Shown: positions 10,151 to 20,154, numbered from the stretch's first letter. The stretch: DNA of 64,000 nucleotides from Bacteroidota bacterium (GCA_039714415.1 JBDLJL010000003.1:10276-74275); one strand, 5' to 3'. Numbers and translations are program-made. The notes: a model not told the origin generated them from the letters alone.

Positions 10151-10702
10151 ATGATAGTAAAATATTTAGCTAAGTTTATATTGTGGATAATAGGCTGGAA
10201 GGTGGTTAGCAAAGCTGCCCCGGTTGAAAAAAAGTATGTAGTTCTTATTGCGCCCCATACCAGTAATCTTGATTTTTTTATGGGTAAACTGGCTAATTGG
10301 GTAATGGGTGTAAAGCCAAAGGTATTGGTGAAAAAAGAGATCTTTAATTTTTTCACAAGTCCTTTATTGCGGATGTGGGGCGGAGTCCCAATTGATCGTT
10401 CAAAGGGTGCGAATGTTATTGTCCAGGTGGTGAAAATGGTTAATGAAAATGATGAATTTATTTTGGGTATTACCCCGGAAGGTACGCGCAAACGTAACCC
10501 CAATTGGAAAACCGGGTTTTATCGTATTGCTGATGCTGCAAAAGTTCCTATTTGCCTTGCTTTTATAGATTTCGGGAAAAAGGAATTGAGTATGGAAAAT
10601 ATGTATTTCCCAACAGGAGATATGGAAAAGGATATGTTGGAAATAAAATTATTTTATAAAGATAAAGTGGGGTATCATCCTGAAAAATTTGCCATTGAAT
10701 AA
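10151..10702 (+). CDS. 1-acyl-sn-glycerol-3-phosphate acyltransferase-like (PlsC family) protein
   Basis: HTSNLDF (HX4D) and ITPEGTR acyltransferase motifs are present. The track ORF begins at TTG 10127. ATG 10151 (MIVKYLAKF) is more likely and avoids the upstream hairpin. Confidence 0.8.
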   Translation: MIVKYLAKFILWIIGWKVVSKAAPVEKKYVVLIAPHTSNLDFFMGKLANWVMGVKPKVLVKKEIFNFFTSPLLRMWGGVPIDRSKGANVIVQVVKMVNENDEFILGITPEGTRKRNPNWKTGFYRIADAAKVPICLAFIDFGKKELSMENMYFPTGDMEKDMLEIKLFYKDKVGYHPEKFAIE

Positions 10703-10763
10703 AACACAAATCTGGGAGGTTAATTGTAGAAATTAAACAGATAGATGTTAAAAATGTGGACAG

Positions 10764-10790
10764 TAGATATGTTGCAATGCAACGTATCTA
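10764..10790. repeat. REP-like hairpin TAGATATGTTGCAATGCAACGTATCTA
   Basis: Inverted repeat with one G-T pair, intergenic between the acyltransferase and nitrilase genes. No T-run follows. Confidence 0.6.
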
Positions 10791-10854
10791 TGGATAACAA
10801 ATTAATAGAGAAATTGAAACCCACTAAAAATAAAATAATAGTATAAATAATTTC

Positions 10855-11628
10855 ATGAAGCTATCCGTAACAATAATTCAAACCAATATTTTTTGGGAAG
10901 ATAAAAATGCAAACCTGGTGCATTTCCAAAAAAAAATTGAAGGTATTGATACTCGTACTGACCTGATAATTTTGCCGGAAATGTTTACAACTGGTTTTTC
11001 AATGAACCCTAAACCTTTTGCTGAGAAAATGGATGGCCCAACTTTTAAATGGATGCTCCAGATGGCTAAACATTCAAATGCAGCTATTGCAGGAAGTATC
11101 ATAATTGAGGAAAACAATCACTATGTAAACCGTTTCCTTTTTGTTAAACCTGATGGGGAATACCAATATTATGATAAAAGGCACTTATTTGCCATGGCTG
11201 GTGAGGATAAACTTTACTCTCAAGGCAATAAAAACGAATTGATAAAATATAAGGGCTGGCGAATCAGGCCATTAATTTGTTATGATCTAAGGTTTCCGGT
11301 TTGGAGCAGAAATTATGATGGATATGATTTATTGATTTACGTTGCTAACTGGCCGGAAAAAAGGGTTGCTCACTGGAAAACACTGCTTCAGGCACGTGCT
11401 ATAGAAAATCAGGCTTATGTAGCCGGAGTAAACAGGATTGGATTAGATGGCAATAATTATAGCTATTCCGGTGACTCAGCTATTTATAATTCGCTTGGTG
11501 AAAAAATATCTAAAACAAATTCAAACGAGGAATCAGTCGAAACTATTTTAATATCAAGAGAACTAATTGAAGGTACACGGAAAAAACTGCCTTTCTTAAA
11601 TGATCAGGATGAGTTTATTGTTAATTAA
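10855..11628 (+). CDS. Carbon-nitrogen hydrolase (nitrilase superfamily, omega-amidase/YafV-like)
   Basis: The Glu-Lys-Cys triad contexts are present: ILPEMF, YDKRHLF and RPLICYDLRFP. Confidence 0.85.
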   Translation: MKLSVTIIQTNIFWEDKNANLVHFQKKIEGIDTRTDLIILPEMFTTGFSMNPKPFAEKMDGPTFKWMLQMAKHSNAAIAGSIIIEENNHYVNRFLFVKPDGEYQYYDKRHLFAMAGEDKLYSQGNKNELIKYKGWRIRPLICYDLRFPVWSRNYDGYDLLIYVANWPEKRVAHWKTLLQARAIENQAYVAGVNRIGLDGNNYSYSGDSAIYNSLGEKISKTNSNEESVETILISRELIEGTRKKLPFLNDQDEFIVN

Positions 11629-12155
11629 AAAGTAAAACCTACTCTAATTACAGGATTTGTATAAAGTGAATAACCAGAATCGTTTAAATTCCATAAAACG
11701 GTCAAATACATACCGCCACTTTTCCCCATTTTTTGAAAATATCCGCCACCAACAAAATAGTTTTCAATCCACAGCCGGTATTCTTCCAGACTTTGATTCA
11801 TCCATTCTATATTTAATGCCTCAGCCTCTGCTTGGGCATATATACCTTGAAACAGAAATAGCCGGGCAAAAACACTCCCGCCATATCTGTAGGTCTGGTA
11901 GTTCATCCTACTGTCTTTTTGATACTGGTATGTTAACCTGATACCGGGATGAAATCTGGGACTTACTTTATAGCCAATTACAGGTGAAATATCAATTAAG
12001 GTATAAGTGCCGAACTGTAATCCTAAACCTCCACCAAAAAAAAGGTTTTCTTTAAAAGGTTTTTTTTCTTCCTTTTTTTTGTTTTCATAATACTGGCTAA
12101 AACCCGATAGTGGGATAATAAGAACTACTACTAGTAGTAACAATATTCGGTTCAT
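11625..12155 (-). CDS. Hypothetical secreted protein, possibly a small beta-barrel
   Basis: A signal peptide is present. The sequence is Gly/Tyr-rich with alternating hydrophobic strands and a C-terminal F. No recognisable family. Its stop overlaps the convergent nitrilase gene by 4 nt. Confidence 0.5.
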   Translation of the reverse strand: MNRILLLLVVVLIIPLSGFSQYYENKKKEEKKPFKENLFFGGGLGLQFGTYTLIDISPVIGYKVSPRFHPGIRLTYQYQKDSRMNYQTYRYGGSVFARLFLFQGIYAQAEAEALNIEWMNQSLEEYRLWIENYFVGGGYFQKMGKSGGMYLTVLWNLNDSGYSLYTNPVIRVGFTF

Positions 12156-12190
12156 ACCTTAATTTTAGAAACACTAAATACAACTTATTT

Positions 12191-13168
12191 TTATTCCACA
12201 GAAGAGAAATATTTCATAAATTGAGCCCTTTCATAAACTGAAGGATTTTTAATATCCTTATAACTCATTATTCCACGAAAATCAGCTACAGACTCATAAT
12301 TTTTGTTATCCATCCAATCCGAAACCTCCTGTATTATTTTACTAAGTTCATCAATTCCGTTTTTGTAAAGAGTAGAACATACCTGAACTGTTTGGGCACC
12401 TGCCAATAACATTTTGACAGCTGCTTTTCCATCATGAACACCAGTAGAAGCCGAAATTTCGATATTTGGTATTAAATCAGAAAGAATCCCAATCCAGCGC
12501 AGAGAATGCCTGATATCAGAAGGATTACTAAATACTTCCGAACTGGTAAATTTCATGTTATCTATGTCAATATCAGGTTCATAAAACCGATTAAATAAAA
12601 CTACACCATTAGCTCCATATGCATAAATCCTGTCTACAATATTACCAATATTTGAAAAATGATATCCAATTTTAGCAGCAATAGGAATTTTTGTTTTTTG
12701 CCTTACTTTTTGTATAATATCAAGATATTTTTGCTCAACATCAGCCGAAGAAATATCCTTGTCAGAAACAACAATATGTATGTTTAATTCAATCGCATCG
12801 GCACCGGCTTTTTCAAAATCTTTAGCATATTCTGTCCAGTCAATATCTGATACACAATTTATACTCGCAATAACAGGAATCGACACCTCTTTTTTTGCCT
12901 CTTTTAAAAGTGTTAGATACTCACTTAAGGTATTGTCTTTTGCATAGTTTAAGATATAATCTGCAGCCTCAGGGTATTCATTATGTTTTAATAAACTGCT
13001 TGTTTCATAGTTTACTTGTTCTTCAAATAAAGATTTAAGTACTACTGCTCCAGCGCCTTTTTCTTCAAGCATTTTAATTTTTTCAACTGAACTTGTTAAA
13101 GCAGAACTGCTAACAATAAGAGGATTGCGTAATTTCAATCCAAGATAAGAGGTTTGAAGATTAGCCAT
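12191..13168 (-). CDS. Dihydroorotate dehydrogenase-like / dihydropyrimidine dehydrogenase PreA-like TIM-barrel flavoprotein
   Basis: LKLRNPLIVSSS, GADAIELNI, PIAAKI and the GVVLFNR pattern are typical of the class 1 DHOD/DHPD family. The substrate is not assignable. Confidence 0.75.
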   Translation of the reverse strand: MANLQTSYLGLKLRNPLIVSSSALTSSVEKIKMLEEKGAGAVVLKSLFEEQVNYETSSLLKHNEYPEAADYILNYAKDNTLSEYLTLLKEAKKEVSIPVIASINCVSDIDWTEYAKDFEKAGADAIELNIHIVVSDKDISSADVEQKYLDIIQKVRQKTKIPIAAKIGYHFSNIGNIVDRIYAYGANGVVLFNRFYEPDIDIDNMKFTSSEVFSNPSDIRHSLRWIGILSDLIPNIEISASTGVHDGKAAVKMLLAGAQTVQVCSTLYKNGIDELSKIIQEVSDWMDNKNYESVADFRGIMSYKDIKNPSVYERAQFMKYFSSVE

Positions 13169-13257
13169 AATAATTATTTTAAAAAATTATTTAATAATAA
13201 TAAAAGTAAATTTATTGATGCAAAAAGTACATCAAAAGTAAATATATTTTTTAGTTT

Positions 13258-13929
13258 TTATACAATATTTCGTGGACCAAATAAAGTACTACCTAAGCGC
13301 ACCATTGTACTGCCTGCCTTTATCGCTATTTGATAATCCTGTGACATACCAGTGGACAATACCTTAAAATCAGATTTATCTTTGAAGAAGGTACTTTTTA
13401 GAATGTTAAAGCAATTCTTAACATCTTCAAATTCTTTACTAATTAATTGTTTATCAGTGGAATTTGTTGCCATTGCCATTAAGCCAACTAAATTTACATT
13501 CTTAAGAGCTAAAAATTCATCAGAACTAATTATGGCTTTGATTTCATTACAAGTTTGGCCAAATTTTGTACTCTCTTTTGCCACGTGAAGTTGAAACAAA
13601 TAATTAATAACCCTGTTGTTTTTAACTGCCTCTTTATCAATTGTTTTTAATAATTTAAAACTGTCTACTGCATGAATTAATTTTACAAAAGGTGCTATAT
13701 ACTTTACTTTATTTGTCTGAAGATGACCAATCATGTGCCATTTAATATCTTTAGGCAGCTCTTCATGTTTACGTTTTAATTCCTGGGCTTTATTCTCACC
13801 AAATATGCGGTATCCCATATTATAAGCCTCCATAATCAGTTCATTAGGTTTTGTTTTTGATACAGCAACCAGTTCAACAGTTTTAGGTAAATTTTTAATT
13901 ACGTTGTCGAAATTTGTTTTAATATCCAT
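13258..13929 (-). CDS. yggS: YggS-family pyridoxal-phosphate homeostasis protein
   Basis: 223 aa with the LVAVSKTK PLP-lysine motif, HMIGHLQTNK and a C-terminal VRLGSTLFG. Confidence 0.9.
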   Translation of the reverse strand: MDIKTNFDNVIKNLPKTVELVAVSKTKPNELIMEAYNMGYRIFGENKAQELKRKHEELPKDIKWHMIGHLQTNKVKYIAPFVKLIHAVDSFKLLKTIDKEAVKNNRVINYLFQLHVAKESTKFGQTCNEIKAIISSDEFLALKNVNLVGLMAMATNSTDKQLISKEFEDVKNCFNILKSTFFKDKSDFKVLSTGMSQDYQIAIKAGSTMVRLGSTLFGPRNIV

Positions 13930-14203
13930 AGGTTAATTATTAATCCTTTATTTTTTTCTGATTTTCACAAAATGCAAATTTATAGTATAAGTCGAAAAAA
14001 AAATATTTTAAAAAGAAAAACTCAAAACTAAAAAAAAACTGGGCTGTAGGTTTATTAACTAGTATTAGAACTAAAACTATGCATTTTCTTGCAGAGACTA
14101 ACTAATAATATTGTCACTAGAAAAGACCTTTACGAACAAGCATTAATTTCATCTTTAATTCCACATATAAATATTTCACTCTATTAACCAGAAAGTTCAT
14201 AAA

Positions 14204-14878
14204 TTATTCAGGTAAAGGGGCTTTCTTTTTTTTATTTTCTTTTCTTCCAAAGGTAAAAGTATATGCTAAATTGATAAATAAACTTTGGTTAATTGACTGA
14301 ATAATGCCTGCCGGGTCACGTTCAAGAATGTTTAATAGTCCTTGTGCATAGAGTAATTCTAACTGCAAACTTCCATTTTTAAGGATAAACTTATATGAAA
14401 TCCCCAGCCTTAAGCCATAATCAATTTTATTATAATGTGTTAAAAGATAATCATAATTTAAAGTTAAGGTATCCATATTTCCTGATTCAGTATATTCACT
14501 GTTAAACGAATATCCAAAATAAGGACCAAATTTAAGAAAAAGACCGTTTTCTTTTTTACTGCTAAACTTAAATAATGATAAAAACTCAAATTGCACAAAA
14601 TCCATTTTAAATTTTGCATGACCCTGTTCAACTGTTATTTCATCCCAACCTTTTTGTGTAAATTCTACGCTTGATTGAACCCCAAGTTTTTTATCGTTAA
14701 GATATTGAAATAGTATTCCACCATTATAGACAGGAAGAAAACCCTGAGTTATTTCTTTTTGAATAAAATACCGGTTATAGCCATAACCACCTTTTATACC
14801 AATGTCAATTTGAGAACAGACTTTTACCGGGAGAACGAGTATTACAGACAAAACAACAGCACTAATGATTTTTTTCAT
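14204..14878 (-). CDS. Outer-membrane beta-barrel (porin-family/PorT-like) protein
   Basis: A signal peptide is followed by alternating aromatic/hydrophobic strands (GIKGGYGYN, LRLGISYKF, INLAYTFTF). The protein ends in an unusual Lys-rich tail. Confidence 0.7.
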   Translation of the reverse strand: MKKIISAVVLSVILVLPVKVCSQIDIGIKGGYGYNRYFIQKEITQGFLPVYNGGILFQYLNDKKLGVQSSVEFTQKGWDEITVEQGHAKFKMDFVQFEFLSLFKFSSKKENGLFLKFGPYFGYSFNSEYTESGNMDTLTLNYDYLLTHYNKIDYGLRLGISYKFILKNGSLQLELLYAQGLLNILERDPAGIIQSINQSLFINLAYTFTFGRKENKKKKAPLPE

Positions 14879-14946
14879 ACTTAAGTATTTGAAACTTTAT
14901 TATATTCTTTTGTACCATGTATGCTTTATTTATCAAATCCACTTAT

Positions 14947-15100
14947 GGTAGCCTCTAAAAATCAAATTTTTTGCGTTATACTATTTTTTCCAAACATTTA
15001 CTTCGACAAGCTCAGTGCATCGCATTTACAATTGTAAGCTTAAGCTTTGAAAATCAAAGCGTTCTGGTATAGCTTTTGAAAGGGTTTTTTAATAAAAACC
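14947..15100. repeat. Copy A of a dispersed MITE-like element (left TIR and core intact, right end degenerate)
   Basis: GGTAGCCTCTAAAAATCAAATTTT...TTACTTCGACAAGCTCAGTGCATCGCATTTACAA. The 34-nt core (14998-15031) is identical to copy C. Confidence 0.7.
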
Positions 15101-15506
15101 AACAAAAAGCATGATCGGGATAACTGTTTTCAAAACTAGCATAACGCAGTTATTGACTTTTATAAGAGACACTAAGTAATTAACTTTAGAATTTTAAAAA
15201 CAATAATACTGAAACATTACTAAATATGCTTTGTTGATTTAAAATACTGCATTTTAAGACGAACAATATGGTTCAGTTTTTGTGTATTAAAATTGTGCTA
15301 AAATTAATATAATTTAGTTTATCAGAAAAATTGTTTGACTATATTGAATGAAATCTAAAATAAAAAACAGAGCTAATTTATTGTTTTAAAAAAAAATCAT
15401 TTATTTTTGCTTAATCAATGTGAATGTGTCAAACATTTATTTACTCTGACATAATCTTATGTCTTTTATTTCAATAATGTAATAGCTGAATTTGATTCAC
15501 CATCAT

Positions 15507-16640
15507 ATGAGAAAAAAAACAAAAAGACGATTAAAAATTACCCATGACTTATTTGAAAGAGTCGGTCACGGAGATTTTGAATATATATATAGAGGTATGT
15601 TTACACAAAATCTCACTAGAAAAATTTTGTCACTGGCAGAAAGTAACCTTCAACGATTTGTAGATAAGGGATCATTGCAAAATCGTATCTATTTTATTAT
15701 GGTGGAAGGATTACAAAATGTGACTCGTCACCAGGGGGGAGCAACTGACCGAACTGATGATCATTTAGGAATTTTTGCCATTCAAAAAAAAGGGAATAGA
15801 TATCTGATAACTACAGGTAATACTATTGTAAACAGTAAGGTTGAACTATTAAAACAAAAGCTTGAACAAGTTAATAACCTTGACCGGGAAGAACTAAAAG
15901 AACTGCATCGGGAAATCTTAAGCACAGGAAAGCTTTCTGCTAAAGGAGGTGCGGGTTTAGGACTTATTGAAATGGCGCGGAGATCAGGCAACAGGTTATC
16001 TTTTGATTTTGAATATGTTGACTTATATTGGTCGTATTTTTATCTGCAAACAGAAATTCCTAGCAGGACTTATGGTAATAATGCTATTGAAGATCTGGAA
16101 ATAAGTAATTCGATGCGGGATATGAAAGGGCTGAATAGAATACTTTCAAAAAGAGATATCCTTTTAAATTTCAATGGTAATTTTAATCAAAATAATATAT
16201 TAAGTCTGTTATCTATTATTAAAGGGCAGATGCGGGTGAGCAGGGCAGCTAAAAAAGTTTACAATATTATGGTTGAAATGCTTCAAAATATTAGTAAGCA
16301 TGGAAACGATTATCAAGATTCAGGTGAAGGAAACTCAGGCATATTTAATCTTGGTCAAACAGAAGAAGAATATATACTTACATCAGGTAACTATATCCTA
16401 AATAAATATGTTGATGAGTTAAAGGAAAAATTGGATCTAATTAATAGTCTTGATACTGGAGAGTTAAATGAATATTTTAATAAAATATTATTGGAACAAA
16501 TTACAATTGATCCGAAAAAAACAGGCTTAGGTTTTGTAGATATTCGCCTCAAATGCGATAGAAAAATTGACTATGACTTTAAGAAACTTGATGATGATTT
16601 TTCGTTTTTCACATTACAGACAAGTATACAAATAAAATAA
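15507..16640 (+). CDS. Tandem-duplicated SiaB-type (GHKL-like) serine/threonine protein kinase
   Basis: Two homologous halves are present. Half 1 has YIYRGMF, MVEGLQNVTRH and KGGAGLGLIEMARRSG. Half 2 has LLNFNGNF, MVEMLQNISKHG and KKTGLGFVDIRLKCD. It sits directly upstream of a DUF1987/SiaC-like gene. The first ATG is at 15507, whereas the track ORF starts at TTG 15492. Confidence 0.7.
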   Translation: MRKKTKRRLKITHDLFERVGHGDFEYIYRGMFTQNLTRKILSLAESNLQRFVDKGSLQNRIYFIMVEGLQNVTRHQGGATDRTDDHLGIFAIQKKGNRYLITTGNTIVNSKVELLKQKLEQVNNLDREELKELHREILSTGKLSAKGGAGLGLIEMARRSGNRLSFDFEYVDLYWSYFYLQTEIPSRTYGNNAIEDLEISNSMRDMKGLNRILSKRDILLNFNGNFNQNNILSLLSIIKGQMRVSRAAKKVYNIMVEMLQNISKHGNDYQDSGEGNSGIFNLGQTEEEYILTSGNYILNKYVDELKEKLDLINSLDTGELNEYFNKILLEQITIDPKKTGLGFVDIRLKCDRKIDYDFKKLDDDFSFFTLQTSIQIK

Positions 16641-16650
16641 ATAGATTTGA

Positions 16651-17076
16651 ATGGAACCATTAAGAATTAAAGCGACTGACGATACACCAGAAATTTATTT
16701 TGATACTGAAGAAGAGATTTTTGAAATTTCAAATGTTTCGCTTCCCGAAAATGCAATTGATTTTTACGCACCGATATTGGATTGGTTAAAAAGATATAAA
16801 CAAAACCCAAACCCAACAACTGTATTTAATTTCAATATTGAGTACCTGAATACTGCCTCATCAAAACAAATTTTCGAATTGATATTTTTAATTGATAAAA
16901 TTAGTGAGGATAGTGACATAACTATTCGTTGGCATTATGATGCTATTGATGACGATATGCGTTCACTAGGTGTTCGTTTTACACATCTGGTAAAAGTAAA
17001 ATTTGAACTTGTGGAATATGAAAAAGAGGAAGAGGATTTGGATGACATGGATGATGAGGACGAAGATTGGTGGTAG
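16651..17076 (+). CDS. SiaC-like DUF1987 regulatory phosphoprotein with an acidic C-terminal tail
   Basis: LRIKATDDTPEIYFD, SLPENAIDFYAPILDWL and IEYLNTASSKQIFE match the DUF1987 pattern. The C-terminus is EKEEEDLDDMDDEDEDWW. Confidence 0.75.
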   Translation: MEPLRIKATDDTPEIYFDTEEEIFEISNVSLPENAIDFYAPILDWLKRYKQNPNPTTVFNFNIEYLNTASSKQIFELIFLIDKISEDSDITIRWHYDAIDDDMRSLGVRFTHLVKVKFELVEYEKEEEDLDDMDDEDEDWW

Positions 17077-17092
17077 TTACTGATATAAAGTA

Positions 17093-17130
17093 AAAAAAAG
17101 CCGGTGGATTTTTTCCAATCGGCTTTTTTT
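17093..17130. terminator. Bidirectional intrinsic terminator shared by the convergent SiaC-like and sensor-phosphatase genes
   Basis: AAAAAAGCCGGTGGA-TTTTT-TCCAATCGGCTTTTTTT is a GC-containing stem flanked by an A-run and a T-run. Confidence 0.7.
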
Positions 17131-17174
17131 AGATCCATGTGTTTAAAACTAAAGAATCAACAATATTATTGAAA

Positions 17175-19895
17175 TTATATTCGAATTCCGATTACCAAAA
17201 TATCATCAATTTGACGATTTTTCCCTTTCCAGGCATCAAATTTATTTTCAATATACTCTTTTTGAACAGACAATGGTTTATCTGAACTGGCAGCCAGCAT
17301 CTTTTTAAATCGACTTAGCATTAACTTTCTGCCTTTTTTGCCTCCAAACTGGTCAGGGTAACCATCAGAAAAGATATAACACGAATCACCTTTTTGCAGT
17401 TGCAGGGTATGATTAGTGAAAAATTCTTTTTCATGATAGAAAATACCTATTGGCATATCATCAGCTTTAATATCAATTATTTCTTGCTCTTGCTCATTTT
17501 CTCTAACGATAAATAATGGACTATTTGCCCCGGCAAACTGCATAATATTTGTTTTTTTGTCTATGATACAAAGTGCAATATCCATCCCGTCTTTTGCTTC
17601 ACCTTCTTTACCAGTTTGCCTTAACGATGACTTTACACTATTTCTTAATTCAGTTAAGATATGACCGGCATTTAACTCTTCAGCGGAAAGTTTACCTGTA
17701 ATTTCATTAAGAAATGTCATTCCCAACATGCTCATAAAGCCACCTGGTACACCATGTCCTGTACAATCAGCTGCCGCTATTAAAATTTTGTCTTCTTTTT
17801 TTAATGTCCAATAAAAATCTCCACTAACAATATCTTTAGGGCGAAACATAATAAAATGTTCAGGCAGCAATTTTTTTAAAAATTCTTTAGGTGGTAAAAC
17901 CGCAGTTTGTATTTTTTTAGCGTAATAAATACTATCTGTTATTTTTTCTTTCTGTCGTGCAATTTCTTCTTCTGCCAGTTTTATTTTGGTAACATCAGCA
18001 TCAATGGCAATAAACTTATTTACATCTCCTTTGTTATCAAAAATAGGGGTCATTGTTGTTTGTATCCAAATCAACCTGTTTGTTTTTGTAAATGTTTTTG
18101 AGGTATAATTTATAGATTTTTTATATGCAATGCCCTCTGCAATTTGATCAACTATATTGGGGTTCAGGCTTGTGAGAAAAAGGTTTGTCCCATATTCTTC
18201 TCTGAACTCATCAAAGCTAGTACCCAGTAATCTGGTAAACCCATCATTAACCCATTCAATTTCACCATTTAAATCAGCAATAACAACTGAATTGTCAGTT
18301 TTGCTAGCAACAAGCGACAGCTTTTCAAGTTCAATATTTTTAGATTCCAATTCAGTAGCCTGATCTAAAATCATTTGGTTCTGCCTTAAAATCTCATTTT
18401 CGGCTTCCTTTATTTTGGTAATATCAGAATCAATAAGCACCAGTTTTGTTACTTCACCTTCAGAATTTAAAATTGGTGACAGAGTACTTTGTGCCCACTT
18501 TTCCTTCTTATCCCTTGTTATTACATACGATTCGTAAATAACAGGTGCTTTATCAGTAATACAAGAATTAAAAAGGTTCTCAATATCCGGATTGTTACTG
18601 GCTTTTATAATATTCCCGTTAAGTTCTTCATGAAGCAATTTTAAAGTATAGCCATACATTTTAGTAAAACCAATATTTATCCAGTCAAAATTTCCTTGAG
18701 TATCAAGAATTATAACTGCTGTTGAAGTTTCACTCGCTACGATAGAAAGCTTTTCGAGCTCCTTGTTAATTGCCTCAAGTTCAACGGCCTGTTGTGCAAT
18801 TTCTTCCTTCTGTTCAGCCAATAATTTGTTGTCCCGGCGTTTTCTACGGTAACCTCTAAAAATAAAAATAGTCAGCAATAGTATTATAACCAGCAATGAA
18901 ATAAAAATCAGCAAAACATTCTGCTGAAATTTTATCCTTAACATCTGTGTCCTGATTTCTATTCCTTGTGACCTAATTTCTTTATTTTGCAACTCAATTT
19001 GTTTTTGTCTTCCTGAAATATCATTTTCTAACTTATCCAGAACATCTATTTGTTTAGCAATCCGGTCTTCTTGTTTTCTAATGGCACGTTCTTTTTCGTG
19101 CAAAATTTCTGTTTTCTTCTGCAGTTCCTGTTTTGCAATTTTTGCTTCACTCACTAATTTATCGAGTTCAGCCAGTTGTACTTGAATTTTCCCTCTTTGT
19201 TCAACTATTTGATCGCCCTGACTAAAAAGAACCTCTTTCTGTCGTTCAATTTCTTTTTCTTTCTTTGCCAGTTCTTTTTGCTTTGTCTCAATTGATGCTT
19301 GCAGCCTTCTAACTTTTTGCTTTTCTTGTTTTAAACTTTTTTCTGATTCATCATATAAAGTTTTTGTACTAATATTAATACCACCTAAACGTGAAATCCC
19401 CTGTGTAACATTAACATTTGCTGCTTTAAGGTTGGCACTATTGATTTGAAATGTGAGTTTACTGCCTTTGGCTATTAAATTAATCATGATGCTTTTTTTA
19501 GCAGGATACTCCTCACTTACCAATGCTGTATTAAATCCAAGTATTTTCCTTTTAATATTATTAAACTGACTATTTTGTGTTTTGGGTACATATAAAATAT
19601 GTGTTTCTGTGATATTGGCAACACTAGTAAAGCTAATTACATCAATAAGTATTATGTTATCGTAACCCCCACGTGTTACACTTTTCAATTCTTTTATAAA
19701 AGCCTGGCTACCATTTAGTACACCAATTTTTATAACATCAATTTCATCATCGTTTTCCCAGCGAAGATGTATGGGAAGGTCATAAAGTAGTTTCGCTTTT
19801 TGTTTATCCAAAGATGTTTGTGCATACGATACTACTTGGGGAAGTAATAGTACAAGCAGAATAACTATAATTCGTACAATTTTTTGAATTTTCAT
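17175..19895 (-). CDS. Sensor PP2C (SpoIIE-type) phosphatase: YfiR-like (DUF4154) periplasmic domain, coiled coil, TM, 2x PAS, PP2C
   Basis: After the signal peptide comes a YfiR-like block (THILYVPK..., LTFQINSANLKAANVNV). A heptad-rich region of about 150 aa follows, then a TM helix (LLIFISLLVIILLLTIFIF), two PAS-like repeats and a C-terminal SpoIIE/PP2C domain (SGDFYW, AADCTGHGVPGGFMSM, DGMDIALC, FSDGYPDQFGG, DDILVIGIRI). Confidence 0.8.
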   Translation of the reverse strand: MKIQKIVRIIVILLVLLLPQVVSYAQTSLDKQKAKLLYDLPIHLRWENDDEIDVIKIGVLNGSQAFIKELKSVTRGGYDNIILIDVISFTSVANITETHILYVPKTQNSQFNNIKRKILGFNTALVSEEYPAKKSIMINLIAKGSKLTFQINSANLKAANVNVTQGISRLGGINISTKTLYDESEKSLKQEKQKVRRLQASIETKQKELAKKEKEIERQKEVLFSQGDQIVEQRGKIQVQLAELDKLVSEAKIAKQELQKKTEILHEKERAIRKQEDRIAKQIDVLDKLENDISGRQKQIELQNKEIRSQGIEIRTQMLRIKFQQNVLLIFISLLVIILLLTIFIFRGYRRKRRDNKLLAEQKEEIAQQAVELEAINKELEKLSIVASETSTAVIILDTQGNFDWINIGFTKMYGYTLKLLHEELNGNIIKASNNPDIENLFNSCITDKAPVIYESYVITRDKKEKWAQSTLSPILNSEGEVTKLVLIDSDITKIKEAENEILRQNQMILDQATELESKNIELEKLSLVASKTDNSVVIADLNGEIEWVNDGFTRLLGTSFDEFREEYGTNLFLTSLNPNIVDQIAEGIAYKKSINYTSKTFTKTNRLIWIQTTMTPIFDNKGDVNKFIAIDADVTKIKLAEEEIARQKEKITDSIYYAKKIQTAVLPPKEFLKKLLPEHFIMFRPKDIVSGDFYWTLKKEDKILIAAADCTGHGVPGGFMSMLGMTFLNEITGKLSAEELNAGHILTELRNSVKSSLRQTGKEGEAKDGMDIALCIIDKKTNIMQFAGANSPLFIVRENEQEQEIIDIKADDMPIGIFYHEKEFFTNHTLQLQKGDSCYIFSDGYPDQFGGKKGRKLMLSRFKKMLAASSDKPLSVQKEYIENKFDAWKGKNRQIDDILVIGIRI

Positions 19896-20154
19896 TAATT
19901 GTATTTTCTTTTCAAGATATTAATAATGACGTATAATATTTACAAATTAACAAATAGAATATATTTTATTCTATATCAACTTTTATATAACAAGCATTAT
20001 ACCAATTTTTATTTTTGATTGTCTCAATGACTAATAGATAAGGTTATGGTCTTGGATGGTATATATATGGAATGCTAAGGTGTTGGTACTTAACGATTCC
20101 ACTCAAGTTTAGATTATCTGGGGTATTTTTAATTTTAGCATTGCTTATATTGGA

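Noticed and set aside
14081-14098. Shared GCATTTTCTTGC(A/G)GA(G/C)AC at 14081-14098 and 52311-52328, both in spacers between minus-strand genes.
   Set aside because: 16 of 18 positions match in AT-rich DNA within 64 kb, which is near chance expectation. No palindromic structure or third copy was seen. Not reported as a feature.
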